Assembly (NCBI GenBank): GCA_963829055.1
Contig: CAWHHI010000006.1
Span: forward strand, 480,001 to 544,000
Length of the DNA stretch: 64,000 nt
Direction of reading: 5' to 3'
Source of the DNA: an uncultured Gemmatimonadaceae bacterium
Lineage (GTDB): Bacteria; Gemmatimonadota; Gemmatimonadetes; Gemmatimonadales; Gemmatimonadaceae
Below are positions 11,919 through 23,765 of the stretch, one piece after another; the first letter of the stretch is position 1, and each line of letters starts with the position of its first letter. Position numbers and translations under genes: made by a program. The notes under the pieces are model-generated. The model worked only from the letters and a program-made list of their open reading frames with translations, was not told the origin of the DNA and did no database searches.

Positions 11919-12241
11919 CCGGCCGGACGGCCTTTCACGCGTTTCGAGTCGTCAACCTGGCGACCGGGACGCAAACCGCCGAGATCACGCTGACGGCGGC
12001 CAATGGCGATCTGTTGCGTACGACCGACGTCAGTATGCGCACCGCGATTCCTGCCGACCAGTTTCCTCTTTACGGGCACGACGACGATCGTGAGTGGAAC
12101 CGGACGCTTCGCCAACGCCACGGGCGCGTTGCAGGCTGAAGGTGAGGTGGATCTGATTACCGGCGCCGCGTCGATTCGCGTACGACGGCTGGATCGCGTA
12201 CGACGCGTCAGACCGCTCCAACTGACAGACGGGACGGAGCG

Positions 12242-13006
12242 ATGACCATCGCCCAGACGATTCCCGTTGCTCGGGCAGTGGAAGACACCGAGCGCTTCTA
12301 CGTGCGGATGGCGGCGACGTTCGTCGCCGTCGCGGTGATCGGGTTCGCTCCCACGTACTGGGTGCCGATGGCTCGCGGCACGCTCTCGGTTCCGCCGATC
12401 GTTCACATCCACGGGCTGCTGTTCTTCGGGTGGACGTTGCTGTTCTGGGCGCAGACGTCGCTCGCGGCTGGAGGCAGGTTGACGCGCCACCGCGAGCTCG
12501 GGGTCGTGGGCGTCTCGGTCGCGACGGCGATGTGCTTCGTCGGCATCGCGGTCACCATCAGCAGCCTCGAGCGCGGGAGCGCTGCCGGCTTCGGTCCGGC
12601 GGCTCGCGCGTTCTCGGTCGTATCGGTCACGGCGATCCTGCTGTTCGCGGTGCTGGTCGCCGTCGCGCTCGTGAACGTCACGAAGCCGGATGTGCACAAG
12701 CGACTCATGCTCATCGCGACGGCGTCGTTGCTTCAGGCGGGCATTGGCCGCTGGTTCGCTTTGTTCCTCAGGCCGCCCGGGGTCAATCCTCCGCCGCCCG
12801 TGGTGGTGACCGTGATGCCTGGGCTCCTGGCCGATCTCTTGTTCGTTCTCGGCATGATCCACGATCGGCGGACTCGGGGCCGAGTGCATCCGGTGTACTG
12901 GATAGCGGGAGCGGCGGTGGTCGGGGTGCAGGTACTCCGAGTGCCTCTGAGCACGACGAGTGCGTGGACGCGCGTGACCGACTGGCTGCTGGCGGTCGGT
13001 ATCTAA
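12242..13006 (+). CDS. Hypothetical multi-pass membrane protein
   Basis: About 7 hydrophobic segments; HIHG, HRELG, HKRLML, DRRTRGRVHPVY; GGAG RBS. Confidence 0.8.
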   Translation: MTIAQTIPVARAVEDTERFYVRMAATFVAVAVIGFAPTYWVPMARGTLSVPPIVHIHGLLFFGWTLLFWAQTSLAAGGRLTRHRELGVVGVSVATAMCFVGIAVTISSLERGSAAGFGPAARAFSVVSVTAILLFAVLVAVALVNVTKPDVHKRLMLIATASLLQAGIGRWFALFLRPPGVNPPPPVVVTVMPGLLADLLFVLGMIHDRRTRGRVHPVYWIAGAAVVGVQVLRVPLSTTSAWTRVTDWLLAVGI

Positions 13007-13010
13007 GGAC

Positions 13011-13181
13011 GTCATTCCGAGCGGGTCGTCATTCCGAGCGAGCGCAGCGAGTCGAGGAATCGCGATGTCCCGGTAGAGGGGCAGCCGCTCAATCCCGGGA
13101 GCAAGGATTCCTCATGCGCCAGAGGGCACCCGCGCGCGTTCGGCGCTTCGCTCGGAATGACACAGCTCCGCTCGGAATGAC
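13011..13181. repeat. Palindromic intergenic repeat, family A (doubled arms on both sides)
   Basis: GTCATTCCGAGCG x2 ... CTCGGAATGAC x2. Confidence 0.93.
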
Positions 13182-13201
13182 AACCGAGCTAGAATGGTGG
13201 T

Positions 13202-14753
13202 GTGAATTTCCACCATCTAGTGCTCACCTCGACCGCCGTCGCCACGACGAGCGGTCGCCTGGAGAAGATCGCGCTGCTCGCCGAGCTGCTGCGGGGGCTC
13301 GATCCAGCCGAGGTGACAACAGCCATCGGTTTTCTCACGGGCTGGCCTCGACAGGGAAAGCTCGGCATCGGGTGGGCGACGCTCGAGGCAGCGAAACCCG
13401 CGACCACGCCCGACGACGCCGTCGCTCTCGATCGCCGACGTGGACGCCGCGTTCACCGAGCTTCAGGCGGTGAAAGGGAAGGCGTCTACGGCGCAGCGTC
13501 GTCAGCTGCTCACCGATCTCATGTCGCGGGCGACCGCCGAGGAACAGCGATTCCTGTATGCGCTCGCCGTCGGCGAGGTGAGGCAGGGCGCGCTCGAAGG
13601 CGTGATGGCCGAAGCCGTCGCCCGCGCGGCCAACCTGCCCGCCGCCCGCGTTCGACGCGCCGCCATGCTCGCCGGCGACCTCGCCGCCGTCGCCGAAGCG
13701 GTGCTCGTCGAAGGGGAGGAAGGGCTGGCGCGCTGGTCACTGCAGCTCTTCCGACCCATCCAGCCCATGCTCGCCGACTCCGCGCCTAACGTGACGGAAG
13801 CGCTCGAGGAGTTGGGCGAGGGGCGGCGCTCGAGTGGAAGCTCGACGGCGCGCGCATCCAGGTGCACAAGCAGGACGACCGCATCGCCATCTACACGCGC
13901 AGCTTGAACGACGTCACGGCCGCGGTACCGGAAGTGGTCGATGCCGTCCGCGCGATGTCGGCGCGCGAGCTGATCCTCGACGGGGAAGTGATCGCGCTGG
14001 ATCGCGACGAGCGTCCGCTCCCGTTTCAGGTCACGATGCGCCGGTTCGGCCGGAAGCTCGACGTCGACGTCGCTGCAGGCGGAGCTGCCCGTCCTCCCGT
14101 TCTTCTTCGACATCCTGCGGCTCGACGGCGAAGATCTGCTCGACTGCCCACTGACCGAGCGCCTAACGCGCCTCGACGGCGTCGTGCCGGCGTCGATGCG
14201 CGTGCCGCGCATCATCACCGCCGACGTCGAGGAAGCGAAACGCTTCGAGGCGACTGCGCTCGACCGCGGTCACGAAGGACTCATGGCGAAGTCGCTCGCT
14301 GCCCCCTACGCGGCCGGACGCCGCGGCTCGGCATGGCTCAAGATCAAGACGGCGCGCACGCTCGACCTCGTGGTCCTCGCCGTGGAGTGGGGATCGGGCC
14401 GTCGCAAAGGGTGGCTCAGCAACATTCACCTTGGCGCGCGCGATCCGGCGACGGGCGGCTTCGTCATGCTCGGCAAGACGTTCAAGGGGATGACGGACGA
14501 GATCCTCGAGTGGCAGACGAAGGAGTTGCTGGCGCGCGAGACGCATCGCGACGGGCACATCGTGTACGTCCGGCCGGAGCTCGTCGTCGAGGTGGCGTTC
14601 AACGATGTGCAGCGCAGTCCGCACTACCCGGGCGGCGTCGCGCTGCGGTTCGCGCGGATCAAGGGCTACCGTCACGACAAGCGCGCCGAGGATGCGGACA
14701 CGATCGACGCCGTCATGCGGTTCGTCCCGCCCATTCCCTCAACACTTGATTGA
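13202..14753 (+). CDS. ATP-dependent DNA ligase (frameshifts near 13435, 13825 and 14075)
   Basis: [49 protein letters not shown]. Confidence 0.92.
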
Positions 14754-14774
14754 ATGAGCGCGCGGCGGTAGTGT

Positions 14775-17477
14775 GTGCCCATGACGTTTCCAAGCGAGAC
14801 ACCGCGCTGGCGGCGCTACCTCCGATTCTGGCGCCGCGACGTCCCGGCTGACATCGAGGACGAGCTCGCCTTCCATTTCCAGATGCGCATCGGCGAGCTC
14901 ACGGAGCAGGGCCTTCCCCCGGACGCCGCGCGCCGGCAGGCGCTCGAAGAGTTCGGTGACGTGAACACCGTGCGCACGAGCCTCGAGGCGATCGACCAGC
15001 GCGTGGCACGCCGCGAGAGCCGCATGGAGTGGGTCGACAGTTGGCGGCAGGACATCGCGTATGCAGCGCGATCCCTCCGTCGCACGCCCGGCGTCACGCT
15101 CACGATCGTCGTGACGCTCGCCCTCGGACTTGGCGCCAACACCGCGATGTTCTCGCTGCTGAACGCGGTGTTCCTGCGGCCGCCTGCTGGTGTCGCGAAG
15201 CCTGATCAGGTCCGTCGCGTGTGGTCGGAGTTCATGTTCCGCACGGGACGGCAGTTCTGGCCCGGTTACGACTACGCGCAGTATGACGAGCTGCGGAAAG
15301 CCATCGCCGGACTCGGCGTGGCGACGATCTACCAGCAAGCCGAAGAAGTGAAGGTCAGTCGCGGTGCCTCGGCGCCGCGCGCGCTGATGGCCAGAGCACC
15401 GAGTGACTTTTTCTCGCTGGTCGGAGTGCGTCCCTCACTCGGGCGGTTTTTCACGGCCGAGGAAGACCGGTTAGGCAAGGGGCAACGCGTCGCGGTGGTG
15501 AGCCACGCCTTCTGGACCCGCGCGCTCGGCGCCGACACTGCCGCGTTAGGGCAGACGATCGTGCTCGGGGGCGAGCCCTACACACTCATCGGCGTGGCGG
15601 AGCGGCGATTCAACGGCGTCGATCTCAGTGCGACCGAGGTGTGGGTTCCGCTCGCCACCGTCGGGAACATCGACGAGAAGCCGTGGTGGACGGATTACCG
15701 TGTGAACGGGTTCCAGATTCTGATTCGGCTGGCCGACGGTGTGAGCGATGCGGCTGTCGACGCCCGGGCGACGCAGACGCTCCGCCGGCCCGACGTGCGG
15801 CGCACAGGGGTGGACTCGCTGTCGGTCACCCGCGTCGGCTCGATCATCGCGGACCGCGGACCGGGGAAGAAGACGCAGGAAGTGCAGGTCGCCACGCGCC
15901 TTGGCGGCGTCGCCCTGATCGTGCTCGTGATCGCCTGTGCGAACGTGGTGAATCTCCTGCTCGCCCGTGCCATGCGGCGGCGCCGCGAGATCGCCATGCG
16001 TCTCGCGCTGGGCATCTCCCGCGGCCGGCTCGCGCGGCTCATCCTGACGGAGAGCGTGCTGCTGGCCACCGCCGCTGGTGTGGCCGCCATCATCGCGGCG
16101 CATTGGGGCGGGTTGGCGTTGCGGGCGCTGCTCCTGCCTAACGTCCACTGGGCAGAAATGCCGGTCGACTGGCGCGTACTCGTCGGAGCGTTGGTCGCCG
16201 TGGTGCTCGCCGGTCTCGCCGCCGGCGTCGTTCCAGCGATTCAGTCGGGATCGACGAAGCTGACCGACGTCCTCAAGGCCGGGGCGCGCGAGGGATACGT
16301 TCGCCGCTCGCGCCTTCGCTCGCTGCTCGTCGTCGCCCAGGTCGCACTTTCGGTGATGCTGCTGACCGGCGCCGCGTTGTTCATGCGGAGTCTGTCCAAC
16401 GTCCGGTCGCTGGATCTCGGCTTCGACGCGAGCCGGCTCATCTTCGCGCGCGTGAGTTTCGACACGAAGGACGCACGTCGCGATTCGCTCGCGTCGGAGC
16501 GATTCGAAGAAGCAGCGCGACGCATGCGCGCGGCGCCCGGCGTACAGGCGGCCGCGCTCACGGCCATGCGACCAATGTACGGGTTCAGCTTCGTGTCGTA
16601 CTACCCGGACGCGGATACGGTCGCGCACGCGAAGCCTCTCGGGATGTACTGGGCTGTGTCGCCGGAGTACTTCGCCACGGCGGGAACGCGTATCATCGCC
16701 GGCAGTGGCTTTCCGGCGGGCAGCGCGGCAACGCCACCATCCGTCATCGTGAACACCGCCATGGCCGACGCTCTGTGGCCGGGCGAGAGCCCGTTGGGCC
16801 GCTGTGTGCGATTCGACAAAGCGGACGGGCGATGCAACACCATCATCGGAGTCGTGGAGACCGCGCGGTGGGGACAACTCATCGAGGAAGCCACTCCACA
16901 GTTCTACCTGCCGTTGGGCAACATGCCATTCCCTCAGGGCCCACGGACGATCGCCATTCGAACGGACGAGGCAATGGCGCCGGCGGTCGTGCGGCAACTG
17001 CGCAGTGTCATTGCGGAAGAATTTCCTGGCGGTGAGCCTCTCATCGAGCGGATGTCCACGGTGCTCGAGCCGCACTATCGACCGTGGCGGCTGGGCGCGA
17101 CGCTGTTCACGTTGTTCGGCGTGCTCGCCGGCATCGTCGCGGCGCTCGGCGTGTACAGCACGGTGTCGTACAGCGTGAGCCAGCGGACGCACGAGTTCGG
17201 GGTGCGTGTGGCGTTAGGCGCGCAGTTCGGCGACGTGATGCGCCACGTGCTCGGCGAGGGGCTCCGGGTCGTGTGGGGCGGCGTCGTGGTGGGCGTGGCG
17301 TTGTCGCTGCTTGCAGGCCGACTCGTTGCCGCACTCCTGTACGGTGTCACGCCGCGCGATCCGGCTGCGCTCTCGGTCGTGGTGGTGACGCTGCTTGCCG
17401 TTGCGACGGTAGCGGCGCTGGTGCCTGCCTGGCGCGCGTCACGCGTGGATCCGCTGACGGCGCTGCATAACGAGTAG
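14775..17477 (+). CDS. ADOP/MacB-like duplicated ABC permease
   Basis: DIEDELAFH, TLALGLGANTAMF, CANVVNLLLAR, RTHEFGVRVALGA, PAWRASRVDP. Confidence 0.92.
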   Translation: MPMTFPSETPRWRRYLRFWRRDVPADIEDELAFHFQMRIGELTEQGLPPDAARRQALEEFGDVNTVRTSLEAIDQRVARRESRMEWVDSWRQDIAYAARSLRRTPGVTLTIVVTLALGLGANTAMFSLLNAVFLRPPAGVAKPDQVRRVWSEFMFRTGRQFWPGYDYAQYDELRKAIAGLGVATIYQQAEEVKVSRGASAPRALMARAPSDFFSLVGVRPSLGRFFTAEEDRLGKGQRVAVVSHAFWTRALGADTAALGQTIVLGGEPYTLIGVAERRFNGVDLSATEVWVPLATVGNIDEKPWWTDYRVNGFQILIRLADGVSDAAVDARATQTLRRPDVRRTGVDSLSVTRVGSIIADRGPGKKTQEVQVATRLGGVALIVLVIACANVVNLLLARAMRRRREIAMRLALGISRGRLARLILTESVLLATAAGVAAIIAAHWGGLALRALLLPNVHWAEMPVDWRVLVGALVAVVLAGLAAGVVPAIQSGSTKLTDVLKAGAREGYVRRSRLRSLLVVAQVALSVMLLTGAALFMRSLSNVRSLDLGFDASRLIFARVSFDTKDARRDSLASERFEEAARRMRAAPGVQAAALTAMRPMYGFSFVSYYPDADTVAHAKPLGMYWAVSPEYFATAGTRIIAGSGFPAGSAATPPSVIVNTAMADALWPGESPLGRCVRFDKADGRCNTIIGVVETARWGQLIEEATPQFYLPLGNMPFPQGPRTIAIRTDEAMAPAVVRQLRSVIAEEFPGGEPLIERMSTVLEPHYRPWRLGATLFTLFGVLAGIVAALGVYSTVSYSVSQRTHEFGVRVALGAQFGDVMRHVLGEGLRVVWGGVVVGVALSLLAGRLVAALLYGVTPRDPAALSVVVVTLLAVATVAALVPAWRASRVDPLTALHNE

Positions 17478-17628
17478 TCATTCCGAGCGAAGGCCGAAGG
17501 CCGAAGTCGAGGAATCGCGATTATGCAGGTAGAGGGCTCTCTACCCGGCAGAGTCTCGATTCCTCGACTCGCTGTCGCTCGCTCGGAATGACAACCCTCC
17601 GCGCCTACGGCGCTCCGCTCGGAATGAC
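17477..17628. repeat. Palindromic intergenic repeat, family A, overlapping the 3' ends of two convergent genes
   Basis: GTCATTCCGAGCG...GGTAGAGGGCTCTCTACC...CTCGGAATGAC x2. Confidence 0.93.
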
Positions 17629-19658
17629 GGCTACGGGCACCTTCCGCGTCTCGAGCGCAGGCGCCGGCGGCAGCCCCGTCACCTGCAGGATCTCCTTCTC
17701 ATCCAGCGTCTCGCGCGCGAGCAGCGCTTCGGCGAGCGCATCGAGCTGTTGTCTGTGCTGGCCCAGGAGCAGCAGCGCCTGGTCGTGGCTCTCGGTGATG
17801 ATGCGCTGCACCTCGGAGTCGACCACGCGAGCCGTCTCCTCGCTGAACGACTTCGGACCCTCATAGCCGTCCAGGCTCGCGAGGTACGGGTTCTCGCGGG
17901 GCGCCAGCTGCACCATCCCGAGCCGCTCGCTCATGCCCCAGCGCGTGACCATGCTGCGGGCGAGCGTGGTTGCCTGCTCGATGTCGTTCTGCGCGCCCGT
18001 CGTCTTCGTGCCGTAGACGATCTCCTCGGCCGCACGTCCACCGAGCATCCCGACGATTCGCGCCTTGAGATACGCCTCTGGATAATTGTACCGATCGCTG
18101 TCGGGACGCTGGTACGTCACGCCTAACGCCTGACCGCGCGGCACGATCGTCACGCGGTTGACGGGATCCGCGCCCGGTACCACCAGGCCAAGGATGGCAT
18201 GGCCGCCCTCGTGGTACGCGATCCGTTCACGGTCCTGACGGGTCATGAGCAGCGGGCGCTCGGGACCGAGCACGATCTTCTCGAGCGCGTCCAGGAAATC
18301 CTTCTGGCGAACGTCGTTCTGGTCGCGACGCGCGGCGAGCAGTGCCGCTTCGTTCACGAGATTCCTGAGATCGGCGCCGGAGAGGCCAGGCGTTGCCGCC
18401 GCGATCTCCGCGATGCTCACGTCGGGCGCGAGCGGCACGCGGCGCGTGTGCACCTTGAGGATCGCCTCGCGTCCGTTCCGGTCGGGAAGATTGACGACCA
18501 CTCGCCGATCGAATCGGCCCGGCCGCAACAGCGCCTTGTCGAGAATGTCCGGCTGGTTCGTCGCGGCGAGTACGATGATCCCTTCGCGACTCGAGAAGCC
18601 GTCCATCTCCGTCAGGATCTGGTTCAGCGTCTGCTCCTGCTCGCTCGAGCCGCCGATCGCGGTCTGTCCGCGCGCGCGGCCGATCGAATCCAGCTCGTCG
18701 ATGAAGATGATGGCCGGTGCGTGCTCGCGGGCCTGCTTGAACAGGTCGCGCACGCGCGCTGCGCCGACGCCGACGATCATCTCCGACGAACTCCGAGGCG
18801 CTCATCGAGAAGAACGGCACGCCGGCTTCGCCAGCGACCGCCTTCGCGAGCAGCGTCTTGCCCGTCCCGGGTGCGCCGATGAGCAGCACGCCCTTCGGGG
18901 CAGCGCCGCCGAGTCGCGTGTACTTCGCCGGGTCTCTGAGGAAGTCCACGACCTCGACCAGCTCGTTCTCGGCTTCGTCGATGCCGGCGACGTCCTCGAA
19001 CGTGACCTTCGTCTCCTGCTCCTGGTCGAAGCGCCGCGCGCTGCTCTTGCCGAGCTCCAGTGAGCGCGCCGCCCATGCCGCCGCCTTGCTGCGCGCGCCG
19101 ATACATCCAGACGTAGAAGACGATGATGAGGATCGCCGGGCCGAAGCCGAACAGGAAGGTCGTGATCGGGTTGCCGCCTTCGTCGATCGGCTCGGCGTTG
19201 ATCTTCACGCCGTTGTCGATGAGGAGCGTCTCGAAGCCGGGGTCCACGAATGAAGGCAGGGTGGTCGAGAATATCGTCACCTGCCGCGGCTCGATGCGCG
19301 ACCCGCGAGACGTGCGCGACGTCGTATCGCCCGGTGGCGGGTACGTCACCGCTGTCCCGAAATGGCCGGTGATGCTTTCGCCGCGACTGTAGATGTCGCG
19401 GACGTTTCGCTTCGTGACTTCCTGCTTGAAGAGCGTGTACGGCACCTTCACCGGCGCGTCCGAGCGCGGGAAGACGTAGCGCACGAGCAGGAAGTTGATG
19501 GCGAGCACGACGAGGAACCACGTCCACGTGCGACTCGGAGGCATGGCCGGCCGCGGCGTGCCGGGTTTGGACTCGTTAGGTGCGCCGGGGGGGCGACCCT
19601 GCGGGGTCCTGACCGGGGGAGTATTTCGGCGACCCTGAGCCGCCGGCTGATTCGCCAT
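17605..19658 (-). CDS. ftsH: ATP-dependent zinc metalloprotease FtsH (frameshifts near 19055 and 18785)
   Basis: Two TM helices, [37 protein letters not shown]. Confidence 0.95.
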
Positions 19659-19850
19659 GCTGGATTGCCTCCGTTCGAGCGACCAGGCGATTCGTGGAAG
19701 ATACGCGTCCAGGCGCTTCGAATGGCTGAGTGCGGCGTCCGTACACTACTGTTCAGTTGTGGCGTCGTACGTGCAGACTGTCTCGGCCATAGCGGTTGCA
19801 GTGGACGAGCGCGTTGGCGCGGCATCACTCGAGTCTTCCGAGTTTCAGAC

Positions 19851-20933
19851 ATGACCCATGCGTTCGTTAGGCGTGTGCACCCGGGGCGCGCTGCCCACAT
19901 CGCTGTCGCCGCGACGCTCTGCGGGCTCCTCGGCCTGGGACATCCCGTGGAGGGGTCGGCGCAGGGGGTGAACCCGGCACTCGATCAATACCTGCAGCGC
20001 CTGGGGATCGACGCTCGCCAGCGGGCCACCGCTGCGCGCGGACGTGCGGTCGCGAAACTGTTGCCAGAGAAGGACAACCGGGACGTCACAGTCGTCGGGC
20101 TGATCGGTGTGAACGTGCCGCGCGACACCGTAGTTGCGCGAGCGTTCGACATCGAGCGGGCGCTCGCGGCGCGCGAGGGTCGCTATCACGTCTTCGGAAA
20201 TCCGCCTTCGGCAGCCGACGTTGGCGGCGTCGCGTTCGACGAGTCCGAGTACCGCGGCCTCCGCAACTGCAAATCCGGCGACTGTGACTTCAAGCTGCCC
20301 GCTGCCGACATGACGGGTTTCGTCCAGCAGGTGAACTGGTCTTCGCGCGGGGCGAAAGCGCAGGCTGATGAGCGACTGCGGGCGATGATGCTGCGGTTCG
20401 CGACGGAGTACTCGGCGCACGGCAACTCAGCGATGCCGGTGTACGAGGATGAGCGTGGCGTGAAGTCCGGTGATGTATTCGCCACCCTGCTCGCGCAAAT
20501 CACGGATCTCTACCCGGACGCGGCCGAGTTGACGCGCTATCTCGCGACGTATCCCGCTGGTCGCCCACACGGCGCGAGGGACGTCCTGTACTGGTCGGAA
20601 GACCGGCTGCCGCATCTGCGCCCGATGCTCACGCTCGACCACGTCGTGGTGTTCAAGCCGACGCGTGCGGACGCAGCCGCGCTCGTCGCTCGCAAACAGA
20701 TCTACGCCAACCACTACTTCGAGGGTGCGCTCGAGCTGCTCGCGATCGTCGAGGGCGGCGGCGGACCCGGGGAACCTGCAGCCTACATGCTGACGGTGCG
20801 ACGCTTCCGCTTCGACAACCTTCCTGGCGGTCTGCTGAACATTCGCGGCCGGGTGCGCCGCGGCCTGGCCGATGCCGCGCGAGATGATCTCGAACAGCAA
20901 CGAGCGTTGATGCAATCCGCGGCGAGCCCCTAG
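19851..20933 (+). CDS. Hypothetical secreted protein
   Basis: Long clean ORF with signal-like N-terminus; CKSGDCDFKL and KQIYANHYF motifs. Confidence 0.7.
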   Translation: MTHAFVRRVHPGRAAHIAVAATLCGLLGLGHPVEGSAQGVNPALDQYLQRLGIDARQRATAARGRAVAKLLPEKDNRDVTVVGLIGVNVPRDTVVARAFDIERALAAREGRYHVFGNPPSAADVGGVAFDESEYRGLRNCKSGDCDFKLPAADMTGFVQQVNWSSRGAKAQADERLRAMMLRFATEYSAHGNSAMPVYEDERGVKSGDVFATLLAQITDLYPDAAELTRYLATYPAGRPHGARDVLYWSEDRLPHLRPMLTLDHVVVFKPTRADAAALVARKQIYANHYFEGALELLAIVEGGGGPGEPAAYMLTVRRFRFDNLPGGLLNIRGRVRRGLADAARDDLEQQRALMQSAASP

Positions 20934-20962
20934 CGAGCCCCTGATCTGAAGCCGAGCACGAC

Positions 20963-23765
20963 ATGACAGCGACGAGCGATGCCGCAGCCACCGTGTATCG
21001 ACAGCCTGTCGCTGACGTTGTGGAATCGCTTGGCTCGCATCTGCAACATGGTCTGACGGAAGCGGAGGCGAGGGCCAGGCTCGAGCGGGACGGGCCTAAC
21101 GAGCTCACGGGCGAACCGCCGGTACCGGCATGGCGACGCTTCCTCGCGCAGTTCCAGGACGTGCTGGTGATCCTCCTGCTCATAGCGACCGCGGTGTCGG
21201 CTGCGCTCTGGTTTTTCGAGCGCGACACCGCGCTGCCGTACGAGGCGCTCGCCATTCTCGCTGTCGTACTGCTCAACGCGACGATGGGCTACCTCCAGGA
21301 ATCGCGTGCCGAGGCCGCTGTTGCCGCCCTGCGCGCCATGTCGGCGGCCGAGGCGACGGTCATCAGGGACGGAGAACGACAGCGCGTGCCGAGCACGCAG
21401 ATCGTCGCTGGGGACCTCGTCATCATCGAGGAGGGCGACACCATACCGGCGGATGCGCGGGTCGTCGAATCGACGGCGCTCCAGACGGCCGAGGCAGCGC
21501 TCACCGGCGAGAGCTTGCCGGTGTCCAAGGACACCGCCACCATCGCCGACGAAGTCGCGCTCGGCGACCGGCACAACATGGTGTTCAGCGGCACGGCTGT
21601 GACGTATGGCCACGGCAACGCGATCGTGACCGCGACCGGAATGCGCACCGAGATGGGGCGCATCGCGGGCATGCTCGAGGAGTCGCCGGCCGAGTCGACG
21701 CCGTTGCAGCGTGAGCTCGACCGTACGGGCAAGGTGCTGGGCATCGTCGTCATCGTGATCGCGGTCGTCATGATCGGGACGATCGTGCTCGTCGAGCACG
21801 TGCGCGATTTCTCCACGTTCGTCGATGTGCTGATCCTGGGCGTCGCGCTGGCGGTCGCGGCGGTGCCGGAAGGGCTGCCGGCGGTGGTGACGGCCGTCCT
21901 GTCGATCGGCGTCCAACGTATGGCGCGCCGGCAGGCGATCGTTAGGCATCTCGCGGCCGTCGAGACGCTCGGCTCGGCGAGCGTCATCGCATCGGACAAG
22001 ACGGGCACGCTCACGAAGAACGAGATGACCGTGCGCATCGTCGTCACGGCGAGCGGTCGCGTCACGTTCGGTGGCTCGGGCTACGCGCCGGACGGTGAGG
22101 TTCGCCGCGAAGACGGTACCGCCATCGATCCCGGACTGCGCTTCGAGCTCGAGCGCGCGCTGGCCGCGGCCGACCGTGCGAACAATGCCGTCGTGGAAGA
22201 ACGCGACGGACGCTGGACCGTACAGGGCGATCCCACCGAGGGCGCGTTGCTCGTCGCCGCGCGTAAGGCGGGTTTGGACGCTGACGCCCTCGAGGCCCGA
22301 CTCCCGCGCGTCGCGGAGGTGCCGTTCTCGTCCGAGCGAAAGCTCATGAGCACCGTGCATCGCGACGCCGAGCAACACAAGCTGATCGTCTTCGCGAAAG
22401 GGGCGCCCGACGTGTTGCTCGGCCGCTGCTCACAGGAGATCGTCGGCGAGGATCGTCGCCCGCTCACCCCCGCGCGCCGGGCCGAGATTCTCCGCGCCAA
22501 CGATTCACTTGCCGATGAGGCGCTGCGGACGCTCGCCGTCGCAGCCCACTGGCTGCCTGACGACGCAGCTTCCGCCACGCTCGACGCGCCTGATCCGAAG
22601 CTGGAACAGGACCTCGTCTTCGCCGGGTTGATCGGGATGATCGACCCGCCGCGCGCCGAGGCGAAGGAGGGTGTGGCGCGCGCGAGGGCTGCCGGTATCC
22701 GGCCCATCATGATCACGGGCGACCACCCGAGAACGGCCGGGGTCATCGCCCGCGAGCTGGGCATCGCAGCCGACGAACGTGTGGTGACCGGGGCGGATCT
22801 CGATCGACTGGACGATGACGCGCTGGCCCGAACCGTCGGCGAGGTATCGGTGTACGCGCGCGTGAATCCGGAGCACAAGCTGCGTCTCGTGAAGGCGCTG
22901 CAGCGTGGCGGCGCGATCGTAGCCATGACCGGCGATGGCGTGAATGATGCGCCCGCCCTCAAGACCGCGGACATCGGCGTGGCGATGGGAATCACAGGGA
23001 CGGACGTGTCGAAGGAAGCCGCCGACATCGTGCTCGCCGATGACAACTTCGCGTCCATCGTGGCCGCGGTCGAGGAAGGTCGCGCGATCTTCGCCAACAT
23101 CAGGAAGTTCCTGCGCTATCTGCTGTCGTCGAACATCGGTGAGGTGATGACGATGTTCTTCGGCGTGGTGTTCGCCGACCGCATCGGACTGAGCCGATCG
23201 GGCAGTGCCGTGGTGCTGCCTCTCCTGGCGACGCAGATCCTGTGGATCAACCTGGTGACTGACGGTGCGCCGGCGCTGGCGTTAGGCGTCGATCCCGCGG
23301 ACGCTGGGCTCATGGAGCAGCCACCGCGGCCCCACGGTGAAGGCGTGATCACGCCGCGCATGTGGCGGGGGATCTTTTTCATCGGGGTCATCATGGCGGC
23401 CGGCACGCTGTTCGTGCTCGACGCCGCGATGCCGGGTGGGTTCTTCGAAGGGGCTGGGGACCTGCGATACGGTCAGTCCATGGCGTTCACGACCTTGATG
23501 ATGTTCCAGCTCTTCAACACACTGAACGCGCGATCCGATGAACGCAGCGCGTTCATCGGGCTGTTCACCAATCGCTGGCTGTGGGCGGCCCTCGGCGTCT
23601 CGATCGTCCTCCAGTTCGCTGTGCTCTACGTTCCGGTGCTGCAGCAGGCGTTCGGCACGACCGGCTTGAGCGCGAGCGACTGGCTGCGGTGCGTCGCGGT
23701 GGCGAGCTCGGTGCTCTGGCTCCGGGAAGTGACGAAGCTCCTCACGCGTAGGGCTCACAGAATGA
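20963..23765 (+). CDS. Cation-transporting P-type ATPase, type II (Ca2+-like); as sequenced it reads through into the next gene
   Basis: LTGES, VPEGLP, DKTGTLT, KGAP, MITGD, MTGDGVNDAPAL, ILWINLVTD. Confidence 0.93.
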
